DNA from: Planctomycetota bacterium | GTDB lineage: Bacteria; Planctomycetota; UBA8742; JACQVU01 | Direction: 5' to 3' | DNA length: 33,344 nucleotides | Assembly: GCA_016209585.1 (NCBI GenBank) | Contig: JACQVU010000180.1 | Span: 1 to 33,344, forward strand | Shown: one piece after another, positions 30,810 through 33,344 of the stretch | Numbering within the stretch: position 1 is the first letter of the stretch | How the letters are laid out: each line of letters starts with the position of its first letter | Notes under the pieces: generated by a model | The model's input: only the letters and a program-made list of their open reading frames with translations | Told to the model about the DNA's origin: nothing | Database searches by the model: none | Translations under genes and position numbers: made by a program

Positions 30810-32554
30810 AAGAAGGCCATCACGTCGTCAGCCACCGCGGCCGGGACCGGGGCGGGGGCGGCGACCTTGAGGGCGTCGTCGGTCGAGAGGTCCACGACCG
30901 GGGGCGGTTCGAGGCGCGCCGTCTCCGTGCCGTAGACCTTGACGACGGGCCGATCGTACGCCGTGGGGAGCGCGGCCACCACCTTGGCCAGGCGGTCGTC
31001 GGAGAGCCGCACCCAGGAGCCGATGGGGTAGAGACCCACGCCGCGCAGGAAGGCCTGGATGACGCGGGGGTCGTACTTGCGGTCCTTGGCGCCGACCAGC
31101 AGCCCCTGCACCGAGTGGTGCGGCAGGTTCGGCCCGCGGTAGGGGCGGTCGGAGGCCAGGGCGTCGAAGTAGTCGGCGACGGCGACGATCTTCGCGAAGT
31201 CATGGATGTCGTCGCCCTTGAGGCCGCGCGGGTAGCCCGTGCCGTCGAGGAATTCGTGCTCCTGGTGGACCACGATGGGCACGGTGTCCAGCAGTTCCTC
31301 CACGTGGCCCAGCAGTTTCAGCCCCAGCGCCGGATGCTGGCGCACGAAGGCCTGCTCCTCGACGGTGAGCGGACCGGGTTTCATGATGATCCGCTCCGGG
31401 ATGGCCACCATGCCGACGTCGTGGAAGAAGGCGCAGACCCCGGCGTCGCGCACCTCGCGCTCGCCAAGACTCATGTAGATGGCGATGTTGATCGCCAGCA
31501 GCGTGACGTTGATGGTGTGGGTGGCCAGGAACGGCCCCTCGCGCCCGGAGTGGGCGATGTTCAGGAGCAGGTTCTTGTCGAACAGCATCGCGCGCATGAG
31601 GTTGGTGGCGACGGCCACGGCCTTCTGGCCGTCGTAGGCCCGCCCCTGCGCGATGGTGTCGAGCATCTCCTGGGCCTGCTTCACGTAGGTGGCGTAAAGC
31701 GTGGCCACCGCCTTCTTCTCGGCCACCGGCCGCTCGGAATGGCCCTGGCTGCGCAGCCGCTTCAGCAGCGGGTTGGCGTCGGCGGGCAGGGTTCGGACGA
31801 CGCCGCGCGCGGCGCTCTCGACGTTCTGCTCGGAGAGCGCGTCGGGCCGCGTGATGAACGCGGTCTGTTTCGCCAGCCGCTGCTGCGTGGTCGTGCCGGC
31901 GCCGCCGGCACGCGGCGCGGAGGCGGGGGGTGGCGTCAGCGCGGGCCGCGCCGCGGGGGTCGGCGTGCGACCCGGCGCGGGGGTGGGCGCGGGCGCGGGG
32001 GTCAGGCGGGGGGCGGTCGGCCGGGTATCGGGAGTGAACGACCGGGGCCTGGAGGCCGGCGTGGAGCCCGACCCGTCCAGAGCGGCCGGCGGCCCGGCCC
32101 TCTGTGCCCCCGCGGCTGCCTGCCGCGCGCGGCGGCGGTTCTCCTTGCGGAAGGCGGCCACCTGGCCGAGGCGCATCTCGCGCGAACTCTTGCGCACCCA
32201 AACCACTGCCACCTCGTGGCGAAAAAGCACCTGCTTGTCCTCGTCGGCAAGCGCCGTCCCCGCGCGGAAGAGCAGACGGTTGTCCTTGGAGTAGACGTCC
32301 TGCGACAGGATGTCGCGGTCGGTGCACCCCAGGACGTTGATTTCCTTGTGGCGCAGTTGTTCCTTCACTCGTTCCAACCGGTCCCCCGGCTTGTCCAGGA
32401 TTTGGACGAAACGGATGGAACAGTTGATCAGCATCTCGACGGTGGCGTCGTCGATGGTCTCGCCCCGTTTGAAGAGCAAGTTGCCGCTGGCATGCAACAC
32501 GTCCCACGGAAGCGGCTGCGCGCGGGGCAACTCCTTGGACTTGATACGCTCCAT
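30806..32554 (-). CDS. HD-GYP domain phosphodiesterase (c-di-GMP signalling) with an N-terminal duplicated module and a long Pro/Thr/Ala linker
   Basis: HD-GYP core motifs are FFHDVGM, RQHPALGLKLL, HQEHEFLDGTGYPRGLKG and VADYFDALASDRPYR. The N-terminus has two DUF3391-like units (DVLHASGNLLFKRGETIDDATVEMLINCSIRFVQI and DVYSKDNRLLFRAGTALADEDKQVLFRHEVAVVWV), followed by a low-complexity linker of about 100 aa. Confidence 0.88.
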   Translation of the reverse strand: MERIKSKELPRAQPLPWDVLHASGNLLFKRGETIDDATVEMLINCSIRFVQILDKPGDRLERVKEQLRHKEINVLGCTDRDILSQDVYSKDNRLLFRAGTALADEDKQVLFRHEVAVVWVRKSSREMRLGQVAAFRKENRRRARQAAAGAQRAGPPAALDGSGSTPASRPRSFTPDTRPTAPRLTPAPAPTPAPGRTPTPAARPALTPPPASAPRAGGAGTTTQQRLAKQTAFITRPDALSEQNVESAARGVVRTLPADANPLLKRLRSQGHSERPVAEKKAVATLYATYVKQAQEMLDTIAQGRAYDGQKAVAVATNLMRAMLFDKNLLLNIAHSGREGPFLATHTINVTLLAINIAIYMSLGEREVRDAGVCAFFHDVGMVAIPERIIMKPGPLTVEEQAFVRQHPALGLKLLGHVEELLDTVPIVVHQEHEFLDGTGYPRGLKGDDIHDFAKIVAVADYFDALASDRPYRGPNLPHHSVQGLLVGAKDRKYDPRVIQAFLRGVGLYPIGSWVRLSDDRLAKVVAALPTAYDRPVVKVYGTETARLEPPPVVDLSTDDALKVAAPAPVPAAVADDVMAFF

Positions 32555-32784
32555 GACGGCGACCTGGGATTCCCAAGGGACAGAACAATGTAGAGTACCA
32601 CATGCGTCGCCTCGCGCTCGCGCGCGAAGAGAGAATCAGATTCCCGCCCTCCCTTTGACTTTTGCCGGGAGTCGTCTCAAATGAACGTGGCCCCGCTGTC
32701 GCCGCCCAGCCGCGGGCGCGCGGGGAGGGGGGCCGTCGTCGCGCACCCGCGGGCGCGCGGGAAGTATCGGGAGGCAAGAGCCGG

Positions 32785-33344
32785 ATGGGGCTTCTGGATC
32801 GCTTCCGCAAGTCGGATAAGAAGAAAGAAGAGCAGGTTCCCACGGCGCAGCCGGCGGCGAAACCGGCGGAGGAGGAGGTCATTAACCTCCCGGCGCTCCC
32901 CACCTCGCCCGGCGACGACGACGCCGACCGCAACCCCGGCGGCGGCTCGGCCGACGCCACGCTCATCGACGAACTGTTCGCCCAGCAGATCGGGACCGGG
33001 CCGATCAAACTCGACGCCTCGCCCGCCGACTTCTCCGGCGTCTCCAAGCGGCCGACGTTCGCGGGCGGGGGTCCGGCCATGCCTCCCGGCAAGGGGAAAG
33101 GGGCCGACGCCACGCTCATCGACCCCGCCCCTTCGCCCGGGGAGAAGATGGTTGCCCTTCCCGCGTCCGCCACGCCGCCGGCGGGGAAGTCGGGAATCAC
33201 GGCCCGCCCCAAGGTGCAGATGGACCTTCCCCCCGCCGAGGCTGCCGCGCGGCAGCCACCACCGGCCACCACGGGGAAGCCGGCTGCCCTGCCACGCCCC
33301 GGCGGCGGCTCCGCGGCCAAGCCCACGGCGCCCGCGCGGCCGGC
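32785..33344 (+). CDS. Hypothetical Pro/Ala/Gly-rich protein, N-terminal fragment (runs off the right edge)
   Basis: Not in the ORF track because no stop lies in the window. ATG 32785 has GGGAGG 10 nt upstream. The sequence reads MGLLDRFRKSDKKKEEQVPTAQPAAKPAEEEVINLP...GGGSADATLIDELFAQQ...GKGKGADATLIDPAPSP.... It is open to the window end. The competing 708-aa minus ORF (31200..33326) is an Arg/Gly/Ala artefact that overlaps the HD-GYP gene. Confidence 0.5.
   Translation, partial: MGLLDRFRKSDKKKEEQVPTAQPAAKPAEEEVINLPALPTSPGDDDADRNPGGGSADATLIDELFAQQIGTGPIKLDASPADFSGVSKRPTFAGGGPAMPPGKGKGADATLIDPAPSPGEKMVALPASATPPAGKSGITARPKVQMDLPPAEAAARQPPPATTGKPAALPRPGGGSAAKPTAPARP

Noticed and set aside
31880-32110. 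Highly G+C-rich quasi-repetitive DNA (GCGGGGG/GGCGCGGG units) that might be mistaken for a tandem repeat or CRISPR-like array
   Set aside because: It has no regular repeat-spacer periodicity. It lies inside the HD-GYP reading frame and simply encodes the Pro/Thr/Ala linker.
31200-33326. 708-aa minus-strand ORF
   Set aside because: Its 3' part overlaps the HD-GYP gene out of frame. Its 5' part is antisense to the plus-strand ORF that starts at 32785, which has an RBS-like GGGAGG and a more protein-like N-terminus. It has an Arg/Gly/Pro/Ala artefact composition.
1-33344. Search by eye for rRNA, tRNA, CRISPR arrays, integrases, transposases and inverted terminal repeats, especially around the 11280..13540 islet
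   Set aside because: I recognised none. The islet has no flanking direct repeats or mobility genes that I could see. This is a visual scan only, and tRNAscan/Infernal/ISfinder-type searches were not possible.

Overview
A 33.3-kb, very G+C-rich bacterial chromosomal window. Hand-counted 60-nt lines in the flanks give 43-50 G+C. I support 27 protein-coding genes on both strands. Two are edge-truncated and absent from the ORF track (1..302 minus, 32785..33344 plus). I saw no rRNA, tRNA, CRISPR array, integrase or transposase. Most long Arg/Ala/Gly/Pro-rich ORFs in the track are antisense or off-frame artefacts of the high G+C. Gene order, left to right: (i) a minus-strand, tightly coupled string panC-panD-CoxE-like VWA protein-Ppm/Dpm1-like GT2-membrane GT-C glycosyltransferase, then a truncated B12-radical-SAM gene; (ii) a secreted trypsin-like protease, folE, and a ~1020-aa double-GT2 glycosyltransferase; (iii) a compositionally distinct low-G+C islet (about 11280..13540) with an ABC/SMC-like AAA ATPase translationally coupled (ATGA) to an uncharacterised 211-aa Toprim-like protein. 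This islet is the best candidate for a novel, probably defence-type, two-gene system in the PARIS/AbiL architectural class. (iv) an orphan STAS protein, manC, a hybrid sensor kinase/response regulator and a divergent degenerate kinase; (v) an Nramp (MntH)-USP fusion preceded by a perfect DtxR/MntR-like palindrome that overlaps a sigma70-like promoter; (vi) an alkyl-DHAP-synthase-like flavoenzyme, then trmD, rplS (with a long Ala/Lys tail) and nfo; (vii) a Crp/Fnr regulator divergent from a lone BMC-H microcompartment shell gene with a 70-aa basic tail, next to a B12-radical-SAM enzyme and a secreted prenyltransferase/squalene-cyclase-repeat lipoprotein; (viii) rnd, an HD-GYP phosphodiesterase, and a truncated Pro/Ala-rich ORF. 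A Planctomycetota-like origin is only a weak inference from gene content. All functional calls rest on motif recognition by eye, with no database search.
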